Shown in pieces: positions 18,170-27,088 of a stretch of 64,000 nucleotides of DNA; position 1 is the first letter of the stretch, and the number at the start of each line of letters is the position of its first letter. The position numbers were made by a program, and so were the translations under genes. Under the pieces are notes generated by a model. It did not search any database and was not told where the DNA came from. It was given only the letters and a program-made list of their open reading frames with translations. Source of the stretch: Candidatus Limnocylindria bacterium (GTDB lineage: Bacteria; Chloroflexota; Limnocylindria; QHBO01); assembly GCA_035700865.1 (NCBI GenBank), contig DASSOH010000024.1, positions 18,201 to 82,200 of the forward strand, written 5' to 3'.

Positions 18170-18895
18170 ATGTTCTTCGACCCGATCTACATCATCGCGG
18201 TGCTGATCCCGACCCTGGCCATCACCGGCTGGGCGTCGTGGCGCGTCCGCTCCACCTACAGCAAGTGGTCCAAGGTCGACTCGGGCATCAACCTCGATGC
18301 CTTCGACTTCGCGCGCCGGCTCCTGGATCGCCAGGGCCTGCATGACGTGAAGATCGAGCCGACCCCCGGCCAGCTCACCGATCACTACGACCCGCGCGGC
18401 AAGGTGCTGCGCGTGAGCACCCAGGTCGCGGACGCGTCCGCGCTCGAAGCGGCCGGCCTGCGTTCCGCCACCCCCCGGCTCTCGGTCGCGGCCGCCGCCG
18501 TCATCGCCCACGAGGTGGGCCATGCCCTGCAGGACCAGCAGCGCGAGCCGATGATGGCCCTGCGCCAGGCGATCGTGCCCGCCGCCAACTTCGGCTCGAG
18601 CATCGCCCCGTGGCTGGTCATCGCCGGCGTCATGTTCCAGGTCACGGGGCTGGCGATCGTCGGCCTCATCGGCTTCGCCGGTGCCGTGCTCTTCACGTTC
18701 GCGACGTTGCCGGTCGAGATCGGCGCATCCGGCAAGGCCCTGGCCTTCGTCAACGGCCTGGGCATGGTCGGAGAGCGCCAGGATGGCGCACGGGCGGTCC
18801 TGAAGGCCGCCGCGTGGACGTACGTGGCCGGTGCGCTGACCGCGCTGCTCACGTTCCTCTACTACGTGTTCCTGATCTTCGGCCGACGTGACTGA
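18170..18895 (+). CDS. membrane zinc metallopeptidase (HExxH, Zn_peptidase_2/YpfJ-like)
   Basis: ATG behind GGAGGTGG. HEVGHALQ motif and multiple TM segments. The ORF-track start at 18080 lacks an RBS. Confidence 0.7.
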   Translation: MFFDPIYIIAVLIPTLAITGWASWRVRSTYSKWSKVDSGINLDAFDFARRLLDRQGLHDVKIEPTPGQLTDHYDPRGKVLRVSTQVADASALEAAGLRSATPRLSVAAAAVIAHEVGHALQDQQREPMMALRQAIVPAANFGSSIAPWLVIAGVMFQVTGLAIVGLIGFAGAVLFTFATLPVEIGASGKALAFVNGLGMVGERQDGARAVLKAAAWTYVAGALTALLTFLYYVFLIFGRRD

Positions 18896-20030
18896 GCTCG
18901 CGGTCGTCGGGCCCCGGCCCGCCATCAGCGAGATCGACCCAGCAGCGCTCGCCGCGTGGCTCACCGCCCGCGGCGAGCCCTCGTACCGGGCCTCGCAGGT
19001 CCTCGCCGGCGTCCACCGCCCGCAGGTCGGCGGCTTCGAGGACCTCACGGACCTGCCCCGGGGTCTTCGCCCCGCGCTGGCCGAGGCCTTCCGGTTCAGC
19101 ACGATCGTCGACAGCCACGTGGTGGGCGCCGACGGCGGGCTCACGGCCAAGGCCGTCCACGAGCTGCACGACGGGCAACGCATCGAGTCGGTCCTGATGC
19201 GCTACCCGTCCCGCACGGGCACCCGCACCACGATCTGCATCAGCTCGCAGGCCGGCTGCGCGGTGGCCTGCCCCTTCTGCGCCACGGGGCAGGCGGGCTT
19301 CGGCCGCCAGCTGTCGCCCGGCGAGATCGTCGACCAGGTGCTGCACTGGCACCGTCCTCCCTGGTCGGCGCTGGCCGACGGCGAGGGCCACTACAACATC
19401 GTGTTCATGGGGATGGGCGAGCCGCTCAACAACGCGGACCGCGTGTTCGAGGCCGTCCGGCTCCTGAACGACCCGCAGCGGCTGGGCATCGGTGCCCGGC
19501 ACATCACGGTCTCGACCTCCGGCGTCGTCCCGGGCATGGACCGCATGGTGGACGAGCTGCCGCAGGTGAACCTGGCGATCAGCCTGCACGCCGCGACCGA
19601 TGCGCTCCGCGACGAGCTCGTGCCGATCAACCGCAAGTGGCCGGTCGCCGAGGTGATCGCCGCGGGCCGGCGCTTCGCCGCCCGCACGGGGCGGCGCGTC
19701 AGCCTCGAGTACGTGATGATCGACGGCGTGAACGACACGGACGACCAGGCCGCCCGCCTGGTCGAGCTGGCCCGCGGCTGGCGCTCGCACGTGAACCTGA
19801 TCCCGCTCAACCCGACGCCGGGGTCCCGATGGAGCGGCACGTCGCCGGCCGGCATCACCCGGTTCGTCGGCATCCTGCGGGACGGGGGAGTCGCCGTGAC
19901 GGTACGTGACACGCGCGGCCGGGAGATCGAGGCCGCGTGCGGCCAGCTCCACGCGCAGTTGCGGGGACGGTCCCTGCGCGACGCACGCGAGGCGCGGGCC
20001 ACGGCCGAGGTCGCGGCGGCGAGCCGCTGA
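18888..20030 (+). CDS. rlmN: 23S rRNA/tRNA m2A methyltransferase RlmN (radical SAM)
   Basis: CISSQAGCAVACPFCATG radical-SAM cysteine motif, C-terminal conserved Cys, and overall RlmN/Cfr architecture. Confidence 0.88.
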   Translation: MTELAVVGPRPAISEIDPAALAAWLTARGEPSYRASQVLAGVHRPQVGGFEDLTDLPRGLRPALAEAFRFSTIVDSHVVGADGGLTAKAVHELHDGQRIESVLMRYPSRTGTRTTICISSQAGCAVACPFCATGQAGFGRQLSPGEIVDQVLHWHRPPWSALADGEGHYNIVFMGMGEPLNNADRVFEAVRLLNDPQRLGIGARHITVSTSGVVPGMDRMVDELPQVNLAISLHAATDALRDELVPINRKWPVAEVIAAGRRFAARTGRRVSLEYVMIDGVNDTDDQAARLVELARGWRSHVNLIPLNPTPGSRWSGTSPAGITRFVGILRDGGVAVTVRDTRGREIEAACGQLHAQLRGRSLRDAREARATAEVAAASR

Positions 20031-20728
20031 TGGGCCGACCGCACATCTCGGCGTCGATCCTGAACGCCGACTTCAGCCGCCTGGGCGACGAGGTTCGTCG
20101 CGCCGATGCGGGCGGCGTCGACTCGATCCACCTCGACGTCATGGACGGTCACTTCGTCGACAACCTGACCATGGGCCCCGTCGTCGTCGATTCGCTGCGA
20201 TCGCACTCGGCATTGCCGTTCCACAGCCACCTGATGATCGACAACCCGCTCGCCTACGCCGAGCGCTTCGCGGAGGCGGGGAGCGACCTCATCGTCTTCC
20301 ACGTGGAGGCGGACGACGACCCGAATGAGGTGATCCGCGCCATCGAGGCGGCGGGGCGCCGCCCGGGCATCGCCCTGAACCCGGAGACGGGGGCCGAGAC
20401 GGTCCTCCCGTACCTCGACCGCGTCGACCTCGTGCTGGCCATGACCGTCCACCCGGGCTGGGGCGGGCAGTCCTTCATCGCGGACGTGCTGCCGAAGATG
20501 CGGTCGTTGCGCGACGAGATCTCGCGCCGTGGGTTGGCCGTCGAGATCGGCGTCGATGGCGGCGTGAAGCTGGACACCATCGGCGATGCCTGGGATGCCG
20601 GCGGATCGGTGCTCGTCGTGGGCAGCGGCCTGTACAGTACGGACGGCGATCTGGCGCCCACGGTCGCCGCGCTGCGTGCCGCCGCCCTCGGCCGCGCCGA
20701 TGATCACCGCGACACCGAAAGGACCTGA
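20030..20728 (+). CDS. rpe: ribulose-phosphate 3-epimerase
   Basis: ISASILNADFSRLGDE, DSIHLDVMDGHFVDNLTMGP, VDGGV. The ATG overlaps the rlmN stop. Confidence 0.9.
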   Translation: MGRPHISASILNADFSRLGDEVRRADAGGVDSIHLDVMDGHFVDNLTMGPVVVDSLRSHSALPFHSHLMIDNPLAYAERFAEAGSDLIVFHVEADDDPNEVIRAIEAAGRRPGIALNPETGAETVLPYLDRVDLVLAMTVHPGWGGQSFIADVLPKMRSLRDEISRRGLAVEIGVDGGVKLDTIGDAWDAGGSVLVVGSGLYSTDGDLAPTVAALRAAALGRADDHRDTERT

Positions 20729-20761
20729 CCGCTGCCCTCACGCCGCCTGCTTCCGCTGCTC

Positions 20762-22357
20762 GTGGTCGCCGTGCTTGCCGCCGTCCTCACCGCCTGCAGC
20801 GACGGACCGAACCTGCCGTTCGTGCCGACACCGAACCCGACCCCCGAGCAGCCGCGCGAGGTCGCCGTGACCGTCGTCGTGCGCGGGGGTGACACGCCGA
20901 TCGCCGGCGCGGACGTCGCCGCGGACGGGACCTCGGCCACGACCGGCGACGCCGGGACGGCCTCCCTGACCGCCATGCGCGGCGCCGAGATCGAGGTCAC
21001 CGCGGACGGGTACGACGCGGCGACGGCATCGGTGCCGGACGAGGGCGACCTGCGTGTCGAGCTGCGATCGAACGTCGCCTCGGGGACCATCGTCGACCAG
21101 GCGGGTGAGCCGATCGCCGGCGTCCGCGTCTTCGTCGACGGATCCGACTCGCTGGTCGAGTCCGACGAGGACGGTGTCTATGCGCTGGCCGGGGTGCCCG
21201 AGGAGGGCACGCTGATCTACAAGATGCCGGGGTATCGGCTGGTCGAGCTGCCGATCGACGGCCGACTCCCGGGGGACGTGACGATGCAGCCGTTCGCGGC
21301 GCGGGCGCTCTACGCCCCGGCCGCGATCTTCGAGGCTCCGGGGCGCCTGGAGCAGTTCCTGGACCTGATGGAGCGGACCGAGGCGAACGCCATGGTCATC
21401 GACGTCAAGGAGACGTCCGGCCAGCTGTACTTCGCGACCGATCTGCCGGAGGCGGTCCAGGCGGGCGCCGTGATGGACAACCCGATCTTCGACCTCTCGG
21501 AGCTGCTCCCGATGCTCAAGGAGCGCGGCATCTACACCATCGCCCGCATGGTGGTCATGAAGGACAACACCACGGCGGCGGCGCGTCCCGAGCTCGCGGT
21601 GCGCAACGTGGCCACCGGCGAGCCGTGGCGTGACAACATCGGCGGCGCGTGGCTGGATCCATCGGCGCCCGGCGTCGCGGAGTACGTCGCGGCCATCGCC
21701 GGGGACCTGGCGGACAAGGGTTTCGACGAGGTGCAGCTGGACTACATCCGCTTCTTCAGCGATGGTCCCTACGACCTGGCCGATACGAACCTGCCGAACG
21801 TCCAGTCCTTCCGGCTGCCGGCCATCCAGCGCGTGCTGCGCGTGATCAGCACGCGACTCGACACCACCAAGGCCTTCCTGGGCGCCGACGTCTTCCCGAT
21901 CAGCTTCATCGTCCCGGACGACCAGGGCATCGGGCAGCGGCCGGAGGTGATCATGCCGTACGTGGACTACTTCTGCCCCATGGTCTACCCGTCGCACTAC
22001 GGCCCCGGCGTGTTCGGCTTCCCGGTGCCGAACGAACACCCGTACGAGGTCATCGACGAGACGTTGCAGATCATGAACGAGGAGAAGGACGGCCTTCCCG
22101 TCGTCATCCGGCCGTGGATCCAGGACTTCGGCTACGGCCCGTTCCCGCCGTACACGGCGGACCAGGTCCTGGCCGAGATGCAGGCCGCCGCCGACAACGG
22201 GGCGAAGGGCTGGATGATCTGGAACGCGCGCGCCACGTTCACGGAGGCGGCGCTGGGTCCGCCCCGGGAGGGCGAGGACTCCGCGCCCGTGACCTCGCTG
22301 CCGCCCGCGCCGTCCGAAAGCGCCGAGCCCTCGATCTCTCCCTCGAGCTCTCCCTAG
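20762..22357 (+). CDS. lipoprotein, putative TIM-barrel glycoside-hydrolase-like (DUF4015/GHL10-type)
   Basis: Lipobox LTAC|S. Central region VIDVKETSGQLYF...WLDP...DEVQLDYIRF... resembles GHL10/DUF4015. Pro/Ser-rich C-terminal tail. The true start may be the upstream in-frame CTG at 20732 (RRLLPLLVV... signal). Confidence 0.5.
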   Translation: MVAVLAAVLTACSDGPNLPFVPTPNPTPEQPREVAVTVVVRGGDTPIAGADVAADGTSATTGDAGTASLTAMRGAEIEVTADGYDAATASVPDEGDLRVELRSNVASGTIVDQAGEPIAGVRVFVDGSDSLVESDEDGVYALAGVPEEGTLIYKMPGYRLVELPIDGRLPGDVTMQPFAARALYAPAAIFEAPGRLEQFLDLMERTEANAMVIDVKETSGQLYFATDLPEAVQAGAVMDNPIFDLSELLPMLKERGIYTIARMVVMKDNTTAAARPELAVRNVATGEPWRDNIGGAWLDPSAPGVAEYVAAIAGDLADKGFDEVQLDYIRFFSDGPYDLADTNLPNVQSFRLPAIQRVLRVISTRLDTTKAFLGADVFPISFIVPDDQGIGQRPEVIMPYVDYFCPMVYPSHYGPGVFGFPVPNEHPYEVIDETLQIMNEEKDGLPVVIRPWIQDFGYGPFPPYTADQVLAEMQAAADNGAKGWMIWNARATFTEAALGPPREGEDSAPVTSLPPAPSESAEPSISPSSSP

Positions 22358-22361
22358 CCCG

Positions 22362-22808
22362 ATGCGCCTGGTGGTCCAGCGCGTGACCCGGGCGTCGGTG
22401 TCCGCCGACGGCGAGCTGCTGGGACAGATCGAGCGCGGCGCGGTGGTGCTGGCCGGGATCGGTCGTGAGGACACGGTCGAGGTGGTCGACCAGGTGGCCG
22501 AGAAGCTGCTCGGCCTGCGCTACTTCGAGGACGACGAGGGTCGGACGAACCGATCCGTCACCGACGTCGAAGGTTCGCTGCTGGTGGTCAGCCAGTTCAC
22601 GCTCTACGCCGACGTGCGCCGCGGGCGGCGCCCCGGCTTCACGGATGCCGCGTTGCCTGACCAGGCGGTCCCGCTGCTCGATCGGTTCGTGGAGCGGTTG
22701 CGCGCGTCGGGCGTCGAGGTAAAGACCGGGCGATTCGGTGCCTCGATGGCCGTGGACCTGGTGAACGACGGCCCGTTCACGCTGGTGCTCGATTCCGACC
22801 ACCGCTGA
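22362..22808 (+). CDS. dtd: D-aminoacyl-tRNA deacylase
   Basis: MRLVVQRV...SQFTLYAD...GPFT consensus. 148 aa. Confidence 0.92.
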   Translation: MRLVVQRVTRASVSADGELLGQIERGAVVLAGIGREDTVEVVDQVAEKLLGLRYFEDDEGRTNRSVTDVEGSLLVVSQFTLYADVRRGRRPGFTDAALPDQAVPLLDRFVERLRASGVEVKTGRFGASMAVDLVNDGPFTLVLDSDHR

Positions 22809-22908
22809 CGGTGCCTCGCCCGCGTCTTCGGTGGCGGTTGTCATCGGTCTGTCGTGGCGACGCCAGGCGGCCTCGAATCGACGTCGACCGGTGGGGAAGC
22901 GCAGTAGC

Positions 22909-23033
22909 GTCGCCAGGACAGACGGCTGACGACGAGGAGCGGCCTGACCTCGTCTACGGTCGCCAGGACAGACGGCTGACGACAGGGAACGGCGCCACAG
23001 CGCGCAGTGTCGCCAGGACAGACGGCTGACGAC
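22909..23033. repeat. three identical 25-nt direct repeats (GTCGCCAGGACAGACGGCTGACGAC) separated by two 25-nt spacers
   Basis: Exact copies at 22909-22933, 22959-22983 and 23009-23033. A degenerate inverted copy lies at about 22841-22862 (gtcatcggtctgtcgtggcgac). Located in the dtd/rpmB convergent intergenic region. Confidence 0.85.
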
Positions 23034-23070
23034 GACGGAACGAACCGCCACCCTTCGGCGGACATGCGAA

Positions 23071-23094
23071 CGCCCGCGTCGGACGACGCGGGCG
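23071..23094. terminator. hairpin shared by convergent dtd and rpmB
   Basis: cgcccgcgtc-ggac-gacgcgggcg perfect 10-bp stem, 25 nt 3' of the rpmB stop. Confidence 0.4.
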
Positions 23095-23118
23095 CATCGG
23101 TTCAGGCGAGGGGGAAGG

Positions 23119-23310
23119 TCAGACCTTCTGCGCGGTGCGGCGGCAGCGGCTGCAGGCGCTGACCTTCGCAACCTTGCCGTCACGGGTGACGGTCATCGGC
23201 TGGAGGTTGGGCAGCCATCGGCGCAGCGCGCGCTTGCGGTTCATCCCGACGGACTGGGGATTCCAGCCGGTGATCGGGCGCTTGCCGCAGATGTCGCAGA
23301 CGCGAGCCAT
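23119..23310 (-). CDS. rpmB: 50S ribosomal protein L28
   Basis: MARVCDICGKRPITGWN...RRWLPNLQ matches L28. 63 aa. It is the 3' end of the long antisense ORF 23119..25341. Confidence 0.9.
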   Translation of the reverse strand: MARVCDICGKRPITGWNPQSVGMNRKRALRRWLPNLQPMTVTRDGKVAKVSACSRCRRTAQKV

Positions 23311-23394
23311 GGTCGAACGGGTCTCCAATCGCATGAAAAACCCGGCGCTCACCGCGCCGGAGCGACGCCGATGGTAGCACGCTAGGATCGGGCC

Positions 23395-25476
23395 ATGCAA
23401 TCGAGCCGGCCGCTGGCGCCCGATGAGCTGGACCGGCCGATTCGCCACGCGATCCCGGCCCTGGCGCGCGGCGCGTCCGCGCTCGCCAAGCTGGGCATCA
23501 CGACACCGCGCGAGGCGCTCTGGTACCTGCCGTTCCGGTACGACGATTTCAGCGACCTGCGCACCCTGGACGCGCTGGTGCCGGACGAGAAGCAGTCGGC
23601 GCTGGTCCGCGTCGACGCCGTCCGCGTCGAGCCGGGCTTCGGCCGCCGGCCACAGCGCGTCATCGCCCAGCTCAGCGACGCGGTCGGCTCGGCCGAGGCG
23701 GTGTGGTTCGGGCGCCGGTACGTCGAGCGGCGCCTGCGCGTCGGCGACGAGATCGTGGTCAGCGGCAAGGTCAGCCAGCGCGGGTGGCGCTTCAGCTTCA
23801 CCTCGCCCGAGTTCAGCCCGGCCGGCCACGAATCGGTCCACACGGCGCGCGTCGTGCCCGTCTACCACCTGGCGGCCGGGGTCACCCAGAAGCGCCTGCG
23901 CGAGCTCCTGGCGCGCATCCTGGAGATGGCGCTGCCGGCGGTCGAGGACCCCCTGACCGATGCGGAGCGCGGGGCTCTCCCACTTCTCGGCGCGGCGCTC
24001 CAGACCGCCCACTTCCCTGAGGAGGCTGCCGACGTCACGGAGGCGCTCGACCGCCTGGCGTTCGACGAGCTGTACGCGCTGCAGCTGACGCTGGCGCAGG
24101 CGCGTCAGGCCCGCGAGCACCTGGTCGCGCCGCGGATCGCCGTGACCGATGCGCAGCTGGACGAGATCGTGGGCACGCTGCCGTTCGAGCTGACGCGCGA
24201 CCAGGCGAGCGCGGTAGAGGCGATCGCGGCGGACCTCGCCTCCGAGCGGCCGATGCGCCGGCTGCTCCAGGGTGACGTCGGCAGCGGCAAGACGGCGGTG
24301 GCGGCGGTCGCCCTGGCCAGCGCGGTGCGCGCCGGATGGCAGGCGGCGCTCATGGCGCCGACCGAGATCCTGGCGCGGCAGCACCACCTGGGCCTGGCCC
24401 CGCTCCTCGAGGCGCTGGGCGTTCGTGCCGAGTTCCTCTCGGGGTCGCTGCCGGCAGCGCGCAAGCGCGAGATCCACGACGCCATCGGCGGAGGGATGGC
24501 CGAGGTGGTCATCGGGACGCATGCCGTCATCAGCGAAGGCGTGGAGTTCCCACGACTGGGCCTGGCGATCGTCGACGAGCAGCACCGCTTCGGTGTCGGG
24601 CAGCGGGCCGCGCTGCAGGCCAAGGGCAGCGGGGGAGAGCCCCACCTGCTGGCGCTCACCGCCACGCCGATTCCGCGCACGCTCGCCCTGACGGTGTACG
24701 GCGACCTCGCCATCTCGACCATCCGCGAGCTGCCGCCGGGCCGGCAGCCGATCCGCACCGAGATCCGCGACCGGCGGGCGCTGCCGAAGATCGAGGGCTT
24801 CCTGGCGTCGGAGGCGGCCGAGGGGCGGCAGTCGTTCGTCGTGGTGCCCCTGGTGGCCGAGTCCGAGTCCCTCCAGGCGGCCAGCGCCGAGGCGGAGGCC
24901 CAACGGCTCCAGGCCGCACTTCCGCAGCTGCGCGTCGGGCTGGTGCACGGCCAGCAGAAGGCCGAGCTCCGCGACGCGACCATGACGGCCTTCGCCGCTG
25001 GCGAACGGGACGTGCTGGTGGCGACCACCGTCATCGAGGTCGGCATCGACGTCCCGAACGCCAGCGTGATGCTCATCGAGGACGCCGAGCGCTTCGGCCT
25101 CGCCCAGCTCCACCAGCTGCGGGGTCGCGTCGGTCGGGGGCCGCATCGCTCGTTCTGCATCCTGCTGTCCGACGCGACGGATCCGCTGGCGAGGGAGCGG
25201 CTGGAGGTGGTGCGGGGCTCCCAGGACGGGTTCGCCATCGCCGAGGCCGACCTCCGGCTGCGCGGGGCCGGAAACCTGCTCGGCACACGGCAGTCCGGCC
25301 TGCCGCCGCTCCGCATCGCGTCGCTGTTCGAGCCCCGGCACCTGCGGCTCGCCGAGCGAGCTCGGGCGCTCGCCGACGCGGTGGTGGCGGCGGATCCGGG
25401 GCTCGAGCGACGCCCCGAGCTCGGGCGCCTGCAGGCCGACTTCACCCGTCTCGAGGAGGAGGGGGACGCGGCCTGA
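23395..25476 (+). CDS. recG: ATP-dependent DNA helicase RecG
   Basis: Wedge domain, helicase motifs GDVGSGKT, DEQHRFGV, TATPIPRT, QLHQLRGRVGRG. 693 aa. Confidence 0.92.
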   Translation: MQSSRPLAPDELDRPIRHAIPALARGASALAKLGITTPREALWYLPFRYDDFSDLRTLDALVPDEKQSALVRVDAVRVEPGFGRRPQRVIAQLSDAVGSAEAVWFGRRYVERRLRVGDEIVVSGKVSQRGWRFSFTSPEFSPAGHESVHTARVVPVYHLAAGVTQKRLRELLARILEMALPAVEDPLTDAERGALPLLGAALQTAHFPEEAADVTEALDRLAFDELYALQLTLAQARQAREHLVAPRIAVTDAQLDEIVGTLPFELTRDQASAVEAIAADLASERPMRRLLQGDVGSGKTAVAAVALASAVRAGWQAALMAPTEILARQHHLGLAPLLEALGVRAEFLSGSLPAARKREIHDAIGGGMAEVVIGTHAVISEGVEFPRLGLAIVDEQHRFGVGQRAALQAKGSGGEPHLLALTATPIPRTLALTVYGDLAISTIRELPPGRQPIRTEIRDRRALPKIEGFLASEAAEGRQSFVVVPLVAESESLQAASAEAEAQRLQAALPQLRVGLVHGQQKAELRDATMTAFAAGERDVLVATTVIEVGIDVPNASVMLIEDAERFGLAQLHQLRGRVGRGPHRSFCILLSDATDPLARERLEVVRGSQDGFAIAEADLRLRGAGNLLGTRQSGLPPLRIASLFEPRHLRLAERARALADAVVAADPGLERRPELGRLQADFTRLEEEGDAA

Positions 25477-26018
25477 TGCGTGTCATCGCCGGAACGGCCC
25501 GCGGCGTCCCGCTGGTGGCGCCCCGCGGCGCCGCCACGCGCCCCATCACCGACCGTGTCAAGGAGACGCTGTTCGCCATCCTGGGCGATCACGTCCCCGA
25601 GGCGCGGGTCCTCGACCTGTACGCCGGCAGCGGGGCGATCGGCATCGAGGCACTGTCACGCGGCGCGGGGGGCGCCGACTTCGTGGAGCGAGACCGGCGC
25701 GCGCTGGACGCGCTGCGGACGAACCTCGAGCGGACGCGGCTGGCTGCGGCCGCATCGGTCCATGCGACCGACGTCGAGCGGTTCCTGGCGTCGGCCGGCG
25801 AGGCGACCTGGGACCTCGCGACGCTCGATCCGCCCTACGAGACGCGTGCTATGGTGGCGCCGCTTCGCGCGCTGGTGCCGCACCTGGCCCCGGACGCGGT
25901 GGTGGTGCTCAAGCACTTCTGGCGGACCGAGGTGCCGGCCGTCGAGCCGCTGGCGGTCGTGCGACAGCGGCGCTTCGGCGAGACGATGCTGACCTTCCTG
26001 CAGCTGGAGGCTCCATGA
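25476..26018 (+). CDS. rsmD: 16S rRNA (guanine966-N2)-methyltransferase
   Basis: MRVIAGTARG...RPITDRVKETLFAIL...DLYAGSGAIGIEALSRGA...DPPY. The ATG overlaps the recG stop. Confidence 0.88.
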   Translation: MRVIAGTARGVPLVAPRGAATRPITDRVKETLFAILGDHVPEARVLDLYAGSGAIGIEALSRGAGGADFVERDRRALDALRTNLERTRLAAAASVHATDVERFLASAGEATWDLATLDPPYETRAMVAPLRALVPHLAPDAVVVLKHFWRTEVPAVEPLAVVRQRRFGETMLTFLQLEAP

Positions 26019-26524
26019 CGCGTGTCGCGGTCTTCCCCGGCTCGTTCGACCCAATGACGAACGCCCATCTCGACGTCGCGCGTCGGGCGTCGGGACTGTA
26101 TGACGCGCTGGTCATCGGCGTGCTGAACAACCCCAGGAAGCAGCCGCTGTTCGACATCCACGAGCGGGTCGACCTGATCCGCCAGTGCGTGGCGGACCTC
26201 GGGGACCACGTCAGCGTCGACGCATTCGACGGCCTCACCGTCGATTTCGCCCGGCGGCACGGGGCGCGGTTCATCGTGCGCGGCCTGCGGGCGGTGAGCG
26301 ATTTCGAAGCCGAGCTGCAGATGGCTCTCACCAATCGCAAGCTGGCGCCCGAGGTCGACACCACCTTCCTGATGACGGCCCTGGAGTACGGCTACGTCAG
26401 CAGCTCGCTGACCAAGGAGGTCGCGCGCTTCGGCGGCGACATCACCCCCATGGTTCCGCCCTCCGTGGCCGAGGCGCTGGTGCGACGTCTGGCGGACCGG
26501 CCGGCTGGTGGCTCACGCGTATAA
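26015..26524 (+). CDS. coaD: phosphopantetheine adenylyltransferase
   Basis: AVFPGSFDPMTNAHLDV, NPRKQPLF, RGLRAVSDFEAELQMA. Confidence 0.92.
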   Translation: MTRVAVFPGSFDPMTNAHLDVARRASGLYDALVIGVLNNPRKQPLFDIHERVDLIRQCVADLGDHVSVDAFDGLTVDFARRHGARFIVRGLRAVSDFEAELQMALTNRKLAPEVDTTFLMTALEYGYVSSSLTKEVARFGGDITPMVPPSVAEALVRRLADRPAGGSRV

Positions 26525-26554
26525 TCGGCCGCCAAGGAGGGTCGCGCCACGGAC

Positions 26555-27088
26555 ATCATCTTCCTCGTCGAGCGCCTGGAGTCGCTCGTCGCGGCCAGCA
26601 AGAAGCTGCCGCTGACGAACAACGTGGTGCTGGACCAGGCGGCCGTGCTCGAGCTGATCGACCAGCTGCGCGTCTCCGTGCCCGAGGAGGTGCGCCAGGC
26701 GCGGCGGGTGACCGAGGAGGCCACGCGCATCACCGAGCGCGCCCGGGACGAGGGTGACGCGATCGTCGCGCGTGCGCAGGAGCAGGCCGCCCAGATGCTC
26801 GAGGAGCGCGAGCTGGTGCGCGCGGCGCAGCAGCGTGCGGCCGAGATCATCGAAGCCGCGCAGGCAGAGGCCCGCGAGCTGCGGCGCGGGGCGGACGAGT
26901 ACGCCGCCGGCGTGCTGATCCGGCTCGAGGGCGAGTGCATCAAGGCGCTGACGAGCATCAAGCGGGGGATCGACATGCTCGACGAGCGCCACCGCGTCGC
27001 TCCGGCCGGCGACGGGCGCGGGCCGGCCCAGGGCGAACCGATCGTGGTCGACGCCGAGGACGAGGCTCCCGCCACCCCGCGACCATGA
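26555..27088 (+). CDS. DivIVA-domain-like coiled-coil protein (start uncertain; no canonical start codon)
   Basis: Strong SD AAGGAGGG at 26534-26541, but the in-frame codons after it are ACG GAC ATC ATC... with no ATG/GTG/TTG until GTG 26624. The sequence (LPLTNNVVLDQAAVLELIDQL..., heptad-rich) resembles DivIVA/GpsB N-domains. Same frame as coaD, separated by a single TAA. Confidence 0.45.
   Translation: MIFLVERLESLVAASKKLPLTNNVVLDQAAVLELIDQLRVSVPEEVRQARRVTEEATRITERARDEGDAIVARAQEQAAQMLEERELVRAAQQRAAEIIEAAQAEARELRRGADEYAAGVLIRLEGECIKALTSIKRGIDMLDERHRVAPAGDGRGPAQGEPIVVDAEDEAPATPRP

Noticed and set aside
22909-23033. Calling the three-repeat array a CRISPR locus
   Set aside because: Repeat and spacer are both 25 nt, below the usual CRISPR range. 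There are only three units, the spacers share motifs with each other, and no cas genes lie anywhere in the 64-kb window. It is reported as a repeat/finding instead.
22811-23065. Small ORFs (72 aa +, 74 aa -) covering the repeat array
   Set aside because: A 50-nt repeat period is not a multiple of 3, so the repeats are read in shifting frames. There is no RBS. They are artefacts of the repeat.
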